NCBI GenBank assembly: GCA_036374175.1
Contig: DASUUH010000072.1
Coordinates: forward strand, 7,709-71,708
Reading direction: 5' to 3'
DNA length: 64,000 nucleotides
Origin: Jiangellaceae bacterium
GTDB taxonomy: Bacteria; Actinomycetota; Actinomycetes; Jiangellales; Jiangellaceae
Below, in pieces: positions 23,890-33,667 of this stretch. The position numbers were made by a program, and so were the translations under genes. The stretch's first letter is position 1. The number at the start of each line of letters is the position of its first letter. The notes under the pieces are model-generated. The model had not been told where the DNA came from and did not search any database. It worked only from the letters and a program-made list of their open reading frames with translations.

Positions 23890-24450
23890 ATGGCTACAAC
23901 CAACGACCTGAAGAACGGCCTGGTACTCAACCTCGACGGCCAGCTGTGGACCGTCATCGACTTCCAGCACGTCAAGCCCGGCAAGGGCGGCGCGTTCGTG
24001 CGTACCAAACTCAAGAACGTGCTGTCCGGCAAAGTCGTGGACAAGACCTTCAACGCTGGGGTGAAAGTAGACACTGCGACGGTTGACAGGCGCGAGATGA
24101 CGTACCTGTACCGCGACGGCAACGACTTCGTCTTCATGGACACCCAGTCGTACGACCAGCTGTACGTGCCACAGTCCGTCGTCGGCGACGCCGAGCACTT
24201 CATGCTGGAGAACCAGGACGCCATTGTCGGCCTGCACGAGGGCACGGCGCTGTTCGTCGAACTCCCGGCGTCGGTCGTCCTGACCATCGATTACACCGAA
24301 CCGGGCCTGCAGGGTGACCGGTCCAGCGGCGGCACCAAACCGGCCCGCCTGGACACCGGATACGAGATTCAGGTGCCGTTGTTCATCACCACCGGCGAGA
24401 AGGTCAAGGTCGACACCCGCGACGGCTCGTACCTCGGCCGAGCGTCCTAA
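23890..24450 (+). CDS. efp: elongation factor P
   Basis: 186 aa with NDLKNG and [17 protein letters not shown]. Confidence 0.97.
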   Translation: MATTNDLKNGLVLNLDGQLWTVIDFQHVKPGKGGAFVRTKLKNVLSGKVVDKTFNAGVKVDTATVDRREMTYLYRDGNDFVFMDTQSYDQLYVPQSVVGDAEHFMLENQDAIVGLHEGTALFVELPASVVLTIDYTEPGLQGDRSSGGTKPARLDTGYEIQVPLFITTGEKVKVDTRDGSYLGRAS

Positions 24451-24457
24451 GGCCGGC

Positions 24458-24868
24458 ATGGCTGCCCGCACCAAGGCCCGCAAGCGGGCGCTCGACATCC
24501 TGTTCGAGGCCGAGATGCAGAGCATCGAGGTGTCGGTGACGCTTGCTCGGCGCCTGACGGCCGCCGATCCGCCGCTGAACGATTACACGGTCGCGCTGGT
24601 CGAAGGGATCATCGCGCACCGCGACCGGATCGACGAGCTGCTCTCGACCTATGCCGTGGACTGGACGCTGAATCGGATGCCCGCCGTCGACCGGAACGTC
24701 CTGCGGATCGGTGTGTACGAGATTCTCTACCGCGACGACGTGCCGGACGCGGTCGCGATCAGTGAGGCGGTCAACCTGGCCCGTGATCTGTCCACCGAGG
24801 AGTCACCGGGCTTCGTCAACGGCCTGCTCGGCAGGATCGCGCAGGTCAAGCCCAGCCTCTCTGCTTGA
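24458..24868 (+). CDS. nusB: transcription antitermination factor NusB
   Basis: ATG 24458 gives MAARTKARKRALDILFEAE. The motif AISEAVNLARDLSTEESPGFVNGLLGRI is present. The track start 24314 runs through the efp 3' end. Confidence 0.95.
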   Translation: MAARTKARKRALDILFEAEMQSIEVSVTLARRLTAADPPLNDYTVALVEGIIAHRDRIDELLSTYAVDWTLNRMPAVDRNVLRIGVYEILYRDDVPDAVAISEAVNLARDLSTEESPGFVNGLLGRIAQVKPSLSA

Positions 24869-25618
24869 GCGTGCGCCGCACCATGTCGACGACCCAGTCC
24901 GGCCGTTCGGTGATCTGCCGCCAGGTAAAGCGCAACACGACGTAACCGGCGGAGGCGAACTCGTCGTAGCGCTGAGTGTCGATCTCGAGCCGGGTTGTCG
25001 TGCCGTGGTTGAGCACGCTGTCGGCCTCGATGACCACGCGGCTGGCGGCGTGCCCGAGATCCGGATGCCAGATGTCGCCCGTGGAGACCTTGATCGGAAA
25101 CTGCGGCTCGAAGATCGGCCAGCCGGCTGCACAGAGCGGGCCGCGGAGCGCGGACTCCATGACCGAAGCTGGGCGCTCGTCCGCCCAGTGCACGACAGTG
25201 CGCACGCGGCCACTCTTCGGGCCGCGCAGTTCGGCCGCGGCCTTGACTAGGTCGTCGCGGTCGGCTTTGTGGTAGCGCAGTGTGCTGTCGGCGACCGCGA
25301 GAGCGTCCGGAATCGGGCAGTCGCGTGCGCAGTCGAGCACCGTGCGGACGACATCGGTGACGCCGCCGGTGATCTGCTCCGGCGGAATGTCAAGCCGTGA
25401 TGCTGCGCCGCGCTCAGATGCGAGAGCGTCCCGTGCAAAGCTGCGGCTACGCCGTAGTGAGGCGCGGACGCCGCGACCCGGTAAACGCCTCGCCCGGCAC
25501 GCTTGACCCGACCGGTGCCGAGCGCCGCCGCAAGCTGTCGATCTGTGACGTACATCCGCAATTGAGACCAGGTCGCGACCCCACCGGGCACCTGGAGAAG
25601 GAGATCTTCAACGTCCAC
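24846..25618 (-). pseudogene. frameshifted and internally shortened DUF559 / AbiEi-N-like endonuclease-domain gene
   Basis: The N-terminal part lies in ORF 25247..25618 (GVATWSQL...GVYRV...LSHLSAAQHHGL). The rest continues in another frame: DIPPEQITGGVTDVVRTVLDCARD...EADSVLNH...GYVVLRFTW, ORF 24846..25340. The frame switch is near 25390. Confidence 0.7.
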
Positions 25619-25658
25619 GGGAAGGCAGTCTGCCCACGACCGCGACTGCTGGGAAGTG

Positions 25659-25746
25659 CAAGATCATGCTGCGGCCGGAGAAAGGCCCCGATTGGCCCGG
25701 CAAATGGGACGGATCGACCACTTACTCCGGCCGCAGCATGATCTTG
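25659..25746. repeat. perfect 22-bp inverted repeat with 44-nt spacer
   Basis: The left arm is CAAGATCATGCTGCGGCCGGAG (25659-25680). The right arm is its exact reverse complement CTCCGGCCGCAGCATGATCTTG (25725-25746). The right arm ends 32 nt downstream of the trkA stop on the minus strand. Confidence 0.9.
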
Positions 25747-25778
25747 GTGACGAGAGGGACGGCCGCCCGCTCAAACGA

Positions 25779-26435
25779 TCAGATGAGCTCGCTGAAGCGC
25801 TCGGTATCGGTGATCTTTCCAGAGACGATGAGCGTGTCTCCTTCGGTGACGACCGTCTCGGGGGTCGCGTAGGTGAATCCTTCGCCAGGACGCTTGATGG
25901 CCACGATCGTCACGCCGTACTGATGCCGGACGCCCGTCTCGCGCAGCGTCTTGCCGATCATGTGGTCCGGCGAGAGCGTCTTGACCATGGCGTAGTCGTC
26001 GTCGAACTCGATGAAGTCCAGCATCCGGCCACGGACCAGGTGGGCGACTCGCAGTCCCATGTCGTGCTCGGGACGGACGACGTGGTGCGCACCGATCTGG
26101 CGCAGGATGCGAGCGTGTGAATTGCTGATCGCCTTTGCCCAGATGAGCGGGACGCCCATCTCAACCAGGACCGACGTCGTGAGGATGCTGGCTTCGAGGT
26201 TGGTGCCGATGCCGACTACTGCGCGGTCGCACTCCTGCACTGACAACTGCTCGAGCGCCTCGGCGTCGGTCGAGTCGGCCACGACAGCGTGGGTGAGCCG
26301 GCCGGCCACCGACTCGATCGTCTTCGGGTTGTTGTCGATGCCGAGAACCTCGGTGTCCTCGCTCATCAGCTCGAGCGCGAGCGACTTGCCGAACCGGCCG
26401 AGCCCGATGACCGCGACGACAGACTTCCTAGCCAA
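25779..26435 (-). CDS. trkA: TrkA-family potassium uptake protein (RCK/NAD-binding)
   Basis: TTG 26435 (AAGGGAG 8 nt upstream) overlaps the trkH stop. The product has the Rossmann motif VAVIGLGRFG and a C-terminal TrkA-C domain. Confidence 0.9.
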   Translation of the reverse strand: MARKSVVAVIGLGRFGKSLALELMSEDTEVLGIDNNPKTIESVAGRLTHAVVADSTDAEALEQLSVQECDRAVVGIGTNLEASILTTSVLVEMGVPLIWAKAISNSHARILRQIGAHHVVRPEHDMGLRVAHLVRGRMLDFIEFDDDYAMVKTLSPDHMIGKTLRETGVRHQYGVTIVAIKRPGEGFTYATPETVVTEGDTLIVSGKITDTERFSELI

Positions 26436-27816
26436 TGATGGGTCTCCCTTCGGGCAGCTCGTACAGCCTGCCACGCTCGCGGATCGCCAGCGCACTGGCC
26501 AGCGTGATCGGGCCGAGGCGGCCGAAGAACATCAGCAGGATGATGACGATCTGGCCGGCTGGCGGCAGGTTCGCTGTGACGCCGGTGGACAGGCCCACGG
26601 TGCCGAACGCGGACGCGGCCTCGAACAGCAGCTCGTCCAGCGAGTGGCTGGTCAACTCGGTTAAGGCCAGCGTGGCGACCACGACGGCGGCTACGCCGAG
26701 CAGAGCGACCGTGAGCGCTTGCCGCTGAACTCGGGCGCCGACCCGGCGATCGAAGACGGTGACGCTTCGCTCACCGCGAATCTCGGCCACGATGACGAAG
26801 AACAACAAGGCGAACGTGGTCACTTTGATACCGCCAGCGGTGCCGGCGCTGCCGCCGCCGATGAACATCAGCACGACGGTCCCCAGCCAGGTGCCGTGGG
26901 TCATGTCGCCGACCTCCAGGCTGTTGAAGCCGGCCGTGCGGGTCGTGGCGGCGCTGAAGAAGCCGTTGAGCAGCTTGTCCGGCAGGCTCAGGTTGGCCAG
27001 GGTCGCCGGGTTGCGCCATTCGCTGCCCACCATGAAGGCGAAGCCGCCGATGAGCAGGATGGCCGTCATCGTGACGGTGAGCTTCGTGTGCAGGCTCCAC
27101 TGCCGGGCCCGCCGGAACTGCCGCCGCAACTCCAGCAGCACCGGAAAACCCAACCCGCCGCAGATGAAAGCGGCGGCGATGGGCAGGAGGATCCAGGGGT
27201 CCTGGTTGTACCGGATCAGGCTGTCCTCGTGCAGCGAGAATCCCGCGTTGTTGAACGCCGAGATCGAGTGAAACGCCCCGAGGCGCAGGGCCTCGCTGAA
27301 CGAGTGGCCGTAGCCGCCGGCCAGCCTGGCGACCAGGATGGCGGCCAGGGAGACCTCGAATAGGACGGTGATCTTCGCGACACCCACCACCACTGACCGC
27401 ACGTCGCCGATGCCGAGCGCCTTGGTCTCGGTCGCGACGGACAACCGCGAGCGCAGACCCATTCGCCGGGTGACCACCATGACGAGCAGGGTGGCCATGG
27501 TCATGAAGCCGAATCCGCCGACCTGGATCAGACCAGCGATGACCACCTCACCGAAACCGCTCCAGTAGCCGCCGGTGTCCACCACGATCAGCCCGGTCAC
27601 ACACACCGCCGACGTGGAAGTGAAGACGGCTTCGAGGAACGTCGCCGACCCTGGCCCGGCCTTCGCCATCGGAAGGGACAGCAGGACGGTCCCCACCGCG
27701 ATGGTGGCCGCGAACCCGGCGACCACTACCTGTGACGGGTGACGGAACTCCGGCAACCAGCGGCCGGCCCTGCGCCGCCAGCTTCCCCTGCCGCTCACCG
27801 GCCCGAGATAGCGCAC
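26428..27816 (-). CDS. trkH: TrkH-family potassium transporter
   Basis: 462 aa, polytopic. Repeated pore-loop motifs are present (TSAVCVTGL, ISAFNNAGFS, TRTAGFN, FGTVGLSTG). Confidence 0.9.
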   Translation of the reverse strand: MRYLGPVSGRGSWRRRAGRWLPEFRHPSQVVVAGFAATIAVGTVLLSLPMAKAGPGSATFLEAVFTSTSAVCVTGLIVVDTGGYWSGFGEVVIAGLIQVGGFGFMTMATLLVMVVTRRMGLRSRLSVATETKALGIGDVRSVVVGVAKITVLFEVSLAAILVARLAGGYGHSFSEALRLGAFHSISAFNNAGFSLHEDSLIRYNQDPWILLPIAAAFICGGLGFPVLLELRRQFRRARQWSLHTKLTVTMTAILLIGGFAFMVGSEWRNPATLANLSLPDKLLNGFFSAATTRTAGFNSLEVGDMTHGTWLGTVVLMFIGGGSAGTAGGIKVTTFALLFFVIVAEIRGERSVTVFDRRVGARVQRQALTVALLGVAAVVVATLALTELTSHSLDELLFEAASAFGTVGLSTGVTANLPPAGQIVIILLMFFGRLGPITLASALAIRERGRLYELPEGRPIIG

Positions 27817-27869
27817 CCGCGAAACCCTACTGCCATGACACGTGTCACGGTCCGCACCTGGATTGGGAC

Positions 27870-28475
27870 CTAGTCGTCAGCGGGCCGCGGATGCTTGCGG
27901 CCTCGCAGCCAGTCCCAGAAACTGCGGCGAGGGTGGCGGGCCACGATCGTGCCCGAGCGGACACTGCCGCTCACTCGCAGGACCGGCTGGTACGGGCCGG
28001 GCCGGCCGCCCACCTTGTTGGCGATGCTGCCGCTGACGCTAGACACGTCGTCCATGACCACCACCCAGTCGTGCGGCACGATCAGCACGACGGAGCCAGA
28101 TGTCGCCGTGGCGCGTACTTTGACCTCTCGGTGGGGGACGCTGGCCTCGGTGAAGTCGAGCTTGATCGTGCCGGAGCTGCACTCCGCGATGATCTCTGCC
28201 GGCACGTCCCAATGGCCGGTTCGTTTGATCGAGCCGCTCTTGGTCCGCAAGATCAACGGTCCGGACGCGGCACCGACCGGCTCCAAGTCCGCCGTGACCA
28301 AAGCCAGGTCCGCGCGGGTCTTGGCGCCGTACGCGGCGGTCAGCCGGTCGTCCAGTTCGGCCAGGTCGAGCCGGCCATCGGCGACCGCCGCCCGCAACTG
28401 CTCGGCCGCGGCCTCCCGATCGGCGTCGCTGGCGCGCGTCAGCGGCTGGGGCACGGAGGCTTCGTTGGCATCCAT
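27870..28475 (-). CDS. DUF1707 domain-containing protein
   Basis: ATG 28475 gives MDANEASV..ASDADREAAAEQLRAAVADGRLDLAELDDRLTAAYGAKTRADL, the DUF1707 N-domain. A beta-rich C-domain follows. Confidence 0.8.
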   Translation of the reverse strand: MDANEASVPQPLTRASDADREAAAEQLRAAVADGRLDLAELDDRLTAAYGAKTRADLALVTADLEPVGAASGPLILRTKSGSIKRTGHWDVPAEIIAECSSGTIKLDFTEASVPHREVKVRATATSGSVVLIVPHDWVVVMDDVSSVSGSIANKVGGRPGPYQPVLRVSGSVRSGTIVARHPRRSFWDWLRGRKHPRPADD

Positions 28476-28548
28476 CGGGCAGCAGGCTAGTCCGCAACGG
28501 CGCTGATGGAACAGCCAGGGCTGTCGCGTTGAGCCGGTTCGGCGAAGG

Positions 28549-29580
28549 TCAGGACGAGCGGGCCCGGTTGAACACGTTGCCGATGAGCCCGCGGCCGGCT
28601 TGGGTAGCGCCCCCAACCACGTCACGGGCCAGCCCGAAAAACGGGTCGGCAGACCGGTTCCAGGCCTCCTGGTACGAGCGGGCGGCTTCACGCACATCGT
28701 CGCCGATCGAAGTGGTCTGGTCGTCGGCGCGACGCGGGTAGTCGCCATCCAAGATCCGCTGATAATGCCCGGCTGTCATCCAGCGGTCCAACTCGGCGAA
28801 CCGCACCACGGCGAACGGATGGGTGCGGCCCATCAGCGACAGCAGTTTCAGCACCCCGTCGCGGGCATCGCCGTCGGTTTCGTACTGGTGGGCCTGCTCG
28901 CGGAACGCGTCCGGGTTCATCTCCGCCAGGCGTGAGCCGCCGGCGAGTTTCATCAGAGCCCGCTTGGCCGCGTCAGGATCCTGGCTGGCCAGCAGTCCGG
29001 CCCGGTCGCAGGACAGCTCGGATTTGCGGTACCACTCCTCCAGCGCTGTGACGATAGCCCGGAGGCCAAGGTAACCGAGTGGTACCCAGGCGACCCGGGC
29101 AGCCAGCCGGGTCAGCCCCAGCAGCAGAGTCCGATAGGTGGCGTGCCCGGACAGGATGTGTCCCACCTCGTGCCCGATGGCGAATCGCCGCTCGGCAGGG
29201 TCGAGCAAGTCGAACATGCCGCTGGTCATGACAACGAACGGGCGATCGGATCCCACCGCCATGAGTGCCGGCTGCGGATCTTGCACCACATACAGCTCAG
29301 GCACCTCCGGAAGGTCGAGCACGTATGCCGCGTCGCGCACGTAGTGGTGCAGGTCCTTGAACTGCGTGTCACCGGCCTTGACGGCGCTGCCCAGGAAGAG
29401 CAGTCGGAGCCGGCGCTCGCTGAACAACCCGGAGATCTTGCGCAGCACGATGTCGAAGCCGTTGAGCTTGCGCAACGCGACCAACGCGCCCCGGTCGGCC
29501 GGGTGTTCGTAGGCCCGGGAGCTGATGCCGGTGAGCCGGACGCGCGCTCGGTCCGGGGTGGAGGCCGCCGATGTAGCCAT
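28549..29580 (-). CDS. M48-family zinc metallopeptidase
   Basis: 343 aa with HExxH (IGHEVGHILSGH) and a downstream E ligand region. Confidence 0.85.
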   Translation of the reverse strand: MATSAASTPDRARVRLTGISSRAYEHPADRGALVALRKLNGFDIVLRKISGLFSERRLRLLFLGSAVKAGDTQFKDLHHYVRDAAYVLDLPEVPELYVVQDPQPALMAVGSDRPFVVMTSGMFDLLDPAERRFAIGHEVGHILSGHATYRTLLLGLTRLAARVAWVPLGYLGLRAIVTALEEWYRKSELSCDRAGLLASQDPDAAKRALMKLAGGSRLAEMNPDAFREQAHQYETDGDARDGVLKLLSLMGRTHPFAVVRFAELDRWMTAGHYQRILDGDYPRRADDQTTSIGDDVREAARSYQEAWNRSADPFFGLARDVVGGATQAGRGLIGNVFNRARSS

Positions 29581-29646
29581 TGGCGCACCCTATGTCCTGT
29601 TCTCGGGATTTGGAAGGGTCCCTCGAGCGGCGTCTGCGCCTGGTAG

Positions 29647-30300
<654 letters not shown>

Positions 30301-31236
30301 ATGCGGCACCTGCTGTCCGCGGCCGACCTGAGCCGCGAGGAAGCCACGCTGGTCCTGGACACCGCCGCCGAGATGGCGCGCCTGACCGAGGGCCGCGCGG
30401 TCAAGAAGCTGCCGACGCTGCGCGGGCGCACGGTCGTCAACCTGTTCTTCGAGGACTCCACCCGCACCCGCACGTCCTTCGAGCTGGCGGCCAAGCGGCT
30501 GTCCGCCGACGTGGTGAACTTCTCCGCGAAGGGTTCGAGCGTGTCCAAGGGTGAAAGCCTCAAGGACACCGCACTGACCCTGGCCGCCATGGGGGCGGAC
30601 GCGGTGGTGGTCCGGCACTCGGCGAGCGGTGCGCCGCACCGGCTCGCACACTCGGGCTGGATCACCGCGAACGTCGTCAACGCCGGCGACGGCACCCACG
30701 AGCACCCGACGCAGGCCCTGCTGGATGCGTTCACGATGCGGAACCACCTCGGCGAGCTGGATGGCCGGCGGATCGCCATCGTGGGAGATGTCCTGCACAG
30801 CCGGGTTGCGCGCAGCAACGTGCTGCTGCTGAACACATTGGGTGTCGACGTCACGCTGGTGGCCCCGCCGACCCTGCTGCCGGTGGGCGTGGCGTCCTGG
30901 CCGTGCGAGGTGTCGTACGAGCTTGACCCAGTGCTGGCCAAGAGCGACGCGGTGATGATGCTCCGCGTCCAGCGGGAACGGATGAACGCCGCCTTCTTCC
31001 CGTCCGCGCGCGAGTACAGCCGCCGGTACGGGCTGGACGCCCGGCGGTTCGGGCTGCTGCCGGACGATGCTCTCGTCCTGCATCCCGGCCCGATGAACAG
31101 GGGCATGGAGATCACCGCCGACGTCGCAGACAGTGAGCGCTCGGTGATCGTGGAACAGGTGACGAACGGGGTGTATGTCCGGATGGCGGTGCTGTACCTG
31201 CTGCTGGCCGGGGGAGAAGCGGAGGCGGCGTCGTGA
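30301..31236 (+). CDS. pyrB: aspartate carbamoyltransferase catalytic subunit
   Basis: 311 aa with STRTR, HPTQ and HPGP motifs. Confidence 0.97.
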   Translation: MRHLLSAADLSREEATLVLDTAAEMARLTEGRAVKKLPTLRGRTVVNLFFEDSTRTRTSFELAAKRLSADVVNFSAKGSSVSKGESLKDTALTLAAMGADAVVVRHSASGAPHRLAHSGWITANVVNAGDGTHEHPTQALLDAFTMRNHLGELDGRRIAIVGDVLHSRVARSNVLLLNTLGVDVTLVAPPTLLPVGVASWPCEVSYELDPVLAKSDAVMMLRVQRERMNAAFFPSAREYSRRYGLDARRFGLLPDDALVLHPGPMNRGMEITADVADSERSVIVEQVTNGVYVRMAVLYLLLAGGEAEAAS

Positions 31237-32528
31237 ACTGGCTGATCAAGAACGCGCAACCGCTGGGCGGCGACCCGGCCGACATCCTGGTGCGCGACGG
31301 CGTATTCGCCGAGATAGGTACCGGGCTCGACGCCGCTGGTGCGCAGACGATTGACGGCGACGGCCTGGTGGCGCTGCCCGGCCTGGTCGATCTGCACACG
31401 CATCTGCGCGAGCCGGGCCGCGAGGACGCCGAGACCGTCGAGACCGGGTCGCAGTCGGCGGCGCTCGGCGGGTTCACGGCGGTGCACGCGATGGCCAACA
31501 CCGACCCCGTCGCCGACACGGCCGGTGTGGTCGAGCAGGTGTGGCGGCTCGGCCGCGAAGCCGGCTACGTCGACGTGCGTCCCGTCGGGGCGGTGACCGT
31601 CGGCCTGCGCGGCGAGCGGCTCGCCGAACTCGGCGCGATGGCCGATTCGGCGGCCGGCGTGCGGGTGTTCTCCGACGACGGGCACTGCGTGTCCGACGCC
31701 GTGCTCATGCGGCGGGCGCTGGAGTACGTCAAGGCCTTCGACGGGGTGGTCGCCCAGCACGCCCAGGAGCCGCGGCTCACCGAGGGCGCGCAGATGAACG
31801 AGGGCGAGTTGTCCGGCCGGCTCGGGTTGCGCGGCTGGCCGGCCGTGGCCGAAGAGGCGATCATCGCCCGCGACGTCCTGCTGGCCGCCCACGTCGGGTC
31901 GCGCGTGCATATCTGCCACGTCTCGACGGTGGGCTCGGTTGAGATCATCCGGTGGGCCAAGTCGAAGGGCTGGGACGTCACGGCCGAGGTAACACCCCAT
32001 CACCTCCTGCTGACCGACGAGCTGGCTGCAACCTACGACCCGCGGTACAAGGTGAACCCGCCGCTGCGGACCGCGGACGACGTGGCCGCCCTGCGCGAGG
32101 CACTCGCCGACGGGACGATCGACATCGTGGCCACCGACCACGCGCCGCACCCGGTCGAGGACAAGGACTGCGAGTGGGATGCCGCTGCGATGGGGATGCT
32201 CGGCCTGGAGACCGCGCTGTCGGTCGTGCAGGCGGCCATGGTCGATACCGGGTTGCTGGACTGGGCCGGTGTTGCGGACCGCATGTCGTACCGGCCGGCC
32301 CGGATCGCACGCTGCGACTCGGGTGCGACACCGCAGGGCCGCCCGCTGGTAGCCGGCGAGCCGGCCAACCTGGTGCTCCTCGACCCGACGCACACGCGGG
32401 TCGTCAGTGGCCGCGAGATGGCGTCGCTGTCGCACAACACGCCGTTCGAGGGCATGAAACTGCCCGGCCGGGTGGTCGCCACGTTCCTGCGCGGCCGGCC
32501 CACCGTCCTGGACGGAGCTCTCCAGTGA
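31233..32528 (+). CDS. pyrC: dihydroorotase
   Basis: 431 aa with [10 protein letters not shown] and TDHAPH. GTGA overlap with pyrB. Confidence 0.95.
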   Translation: MNWLIKNAQPLGGDPADILVRDGVFAEIGTGLDAAGAQTIDGDGLVALPGLVDLHTHLREPGREDAETVETGSQSAALGGFTAVHAMANTDPVADTAGVVEQVWRLGREAGYVDVRPVGAVTVGLRGERLAELGAMADSAAGVRVFSDDGHCVSDAVLMRRALEYVKAFDGVVAQHAQEPRLTEGAQMNEGELSGRLGLRGWPAVAEEAIIARDVLLAAHVGSRVHICHVSTVGSVEIIRWAKSKGWDVTAEVTPHHLLLTDELAATYDPRYKVNPPLRTADDVAALREALADGTIDIVATDHAPHPVEDKDCEWDAAAMGMLGLETALSVVQAAMVDTGLLDWAGVADRMSYRPARIARCDSGATPQGRPLVAGEPANLVLLDPTHTRVVSGREMASLSHNTPFEGMKLPGRVVATFLRGRPTVLDGALQ

Positions 32529-33667
32529 CCCCACCTCACGACGGCGGTGCGTTACTCGTCCTGGAGGACGGCCGGACGTTCCGGGGCCGGCCGTATGGTG
32601 CGGCGGGCGAGACGTTCGGCGAGGCGGTCTTCGCCACGGGGATGACCGGCTACCAGGAAACGCTCACCGACCCGTCGTACCACCGGCAGGTGGTCGTCCA
32701 GACCGCGCCGCACATCGGTAACACGGGAGTGAACGACGACGACGCGGAGTCATCTCGAATCTGGGTGGCCGGTTACGTGGTTCGCGACCCGGCGCGGCGG
32801 CCGTCGTCCTGGCGGGCTCAGCGGAGCCTGAACGAGGAGCTGACCCGGCAGGGCATCGTGGGCATCAGCGGCATCGATACCCGGGCGCTGGCCCGCCACC
32901 TGCGCGAGCGCGGCGCGATGCGGGTGGGCATCTCGACGGCGGAGACCGACCCGCAGGCGCTGCGTGAACGGGTGCTCGCCGCGCCGTCGATGGTGGGTGC
33001 GAATCTGGTGGGCGAGGTGACGACGGCGTCCCCGTACGTCGTGGCGGCGGCCGGCGAGCGGCGGTTCACCGTGGCCGCGATCGATCTTGGGATCAAATCG
33101 ATGACGCCGCGCCGGCTTGCCGAGCGCGGCGTCGAGACGCATGTGCTGCCGGCGACGTCCACGCTTGACGAGGTGCTGGCACTGGCGCCCGACGGGCTGT
33201 TCTTCTCCAACGGGCCGGGCGATCCGGCAACGGCTGACCACCAGGTCGAGTTGCTGCGCGGGGCACTTGAGCGCGGCGTGCCGTTCTTCGGCATCTGCTT
33301 CGGCAATCAGCTGTTCGGCCGGGCGCTGGGCTTCGGGACGTACAAGCTCCGCTACGGCCACCGCGGTATCAACCAGCCGGTGCAGGACCGTACGACCGGC
33401 AAGGTCGGGGTCACGGCGCACAACCACGGTTTCGCGATCCAATGGAACACAGCCGCGCCATCCTTTGAACCTGTCGAGACGCCGTACGGACGGGCGTCGG
33501 TGAGCCACGTCTGCTTGAACGACGACGTGGTCGAGGGCCTTGAACTGCGTGGATCCGACGGCAAGCTGCGCGGGTTCTCGGTCCAGTACCACCCGGAGGC
33601 GGCTGCCGGCCCGCACGACGCGGCGTACCTGTTCGACCGGTTCGTCGAGCTGATGAGGGCACGCTGA
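32525..33667 (+). CDS. carA: carbamoyl-phosphate synthase small (glutaminase) subunit
   Basis: GTG 32525 is in a GTGA overlap with pyrC. The N-terminus reads [13 protein letters not shown]. The catalytic Cys motif GICFGNQL and HRG are present. The track start 31952 is a shadow extension. Confidence 0.95.
   Translation: MTPPHDGGALLVLEDGRTFRGRPYGAAGETFGEAVFATGMTGYQETLTDPSYHRQVVVQTAPHIGNTGVNDDDAESSRIWVAGYVVRDPARRPSSWRAQRSLNEELTRQGIVGISGIDTRALARHLRERGAMRVGISTAETDPQALRERVLAAPSMVGANLVGEVTTASPYVVAAAGERRFTVAAIDLGIKSMTPRRLAERGVETHVLPATSTLDEVLALAPDGLFFSNGPGDPATADHQVELLRGALERGVPFFGICFGNQLFGRALGFGTYKLRYGHRGINQPVQDRTTGKVGVTAHNHGFAIQWNTAAPSFEPVETPYGRASVSHVCLNDDVVEGLELRGSDGKLRGFSVQYHPEAAAGPHDAAYLFDRFVELMRAR

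Noticed and set aside
24846-25618. Active AbiEi/AbiEii-type toxin-antitoxin module
   Set aside because: There is no nucleotidyltransferase (AbiEii) partner gene, and the gene itself is frameshifted and shortened.
27836-27847. 12-bp perfect palindrome TGACACGTGTCA upstream of trkH, and the 14-bp palindrome GCCGAACGTTCGGC at 50567-50580 upstream of the ABC exporter
   Set aside because: Palindromes of 12-14 bp are expected several times by chance in 64 kb. There is no second copy and no adjacent regulator to support calling them operators.
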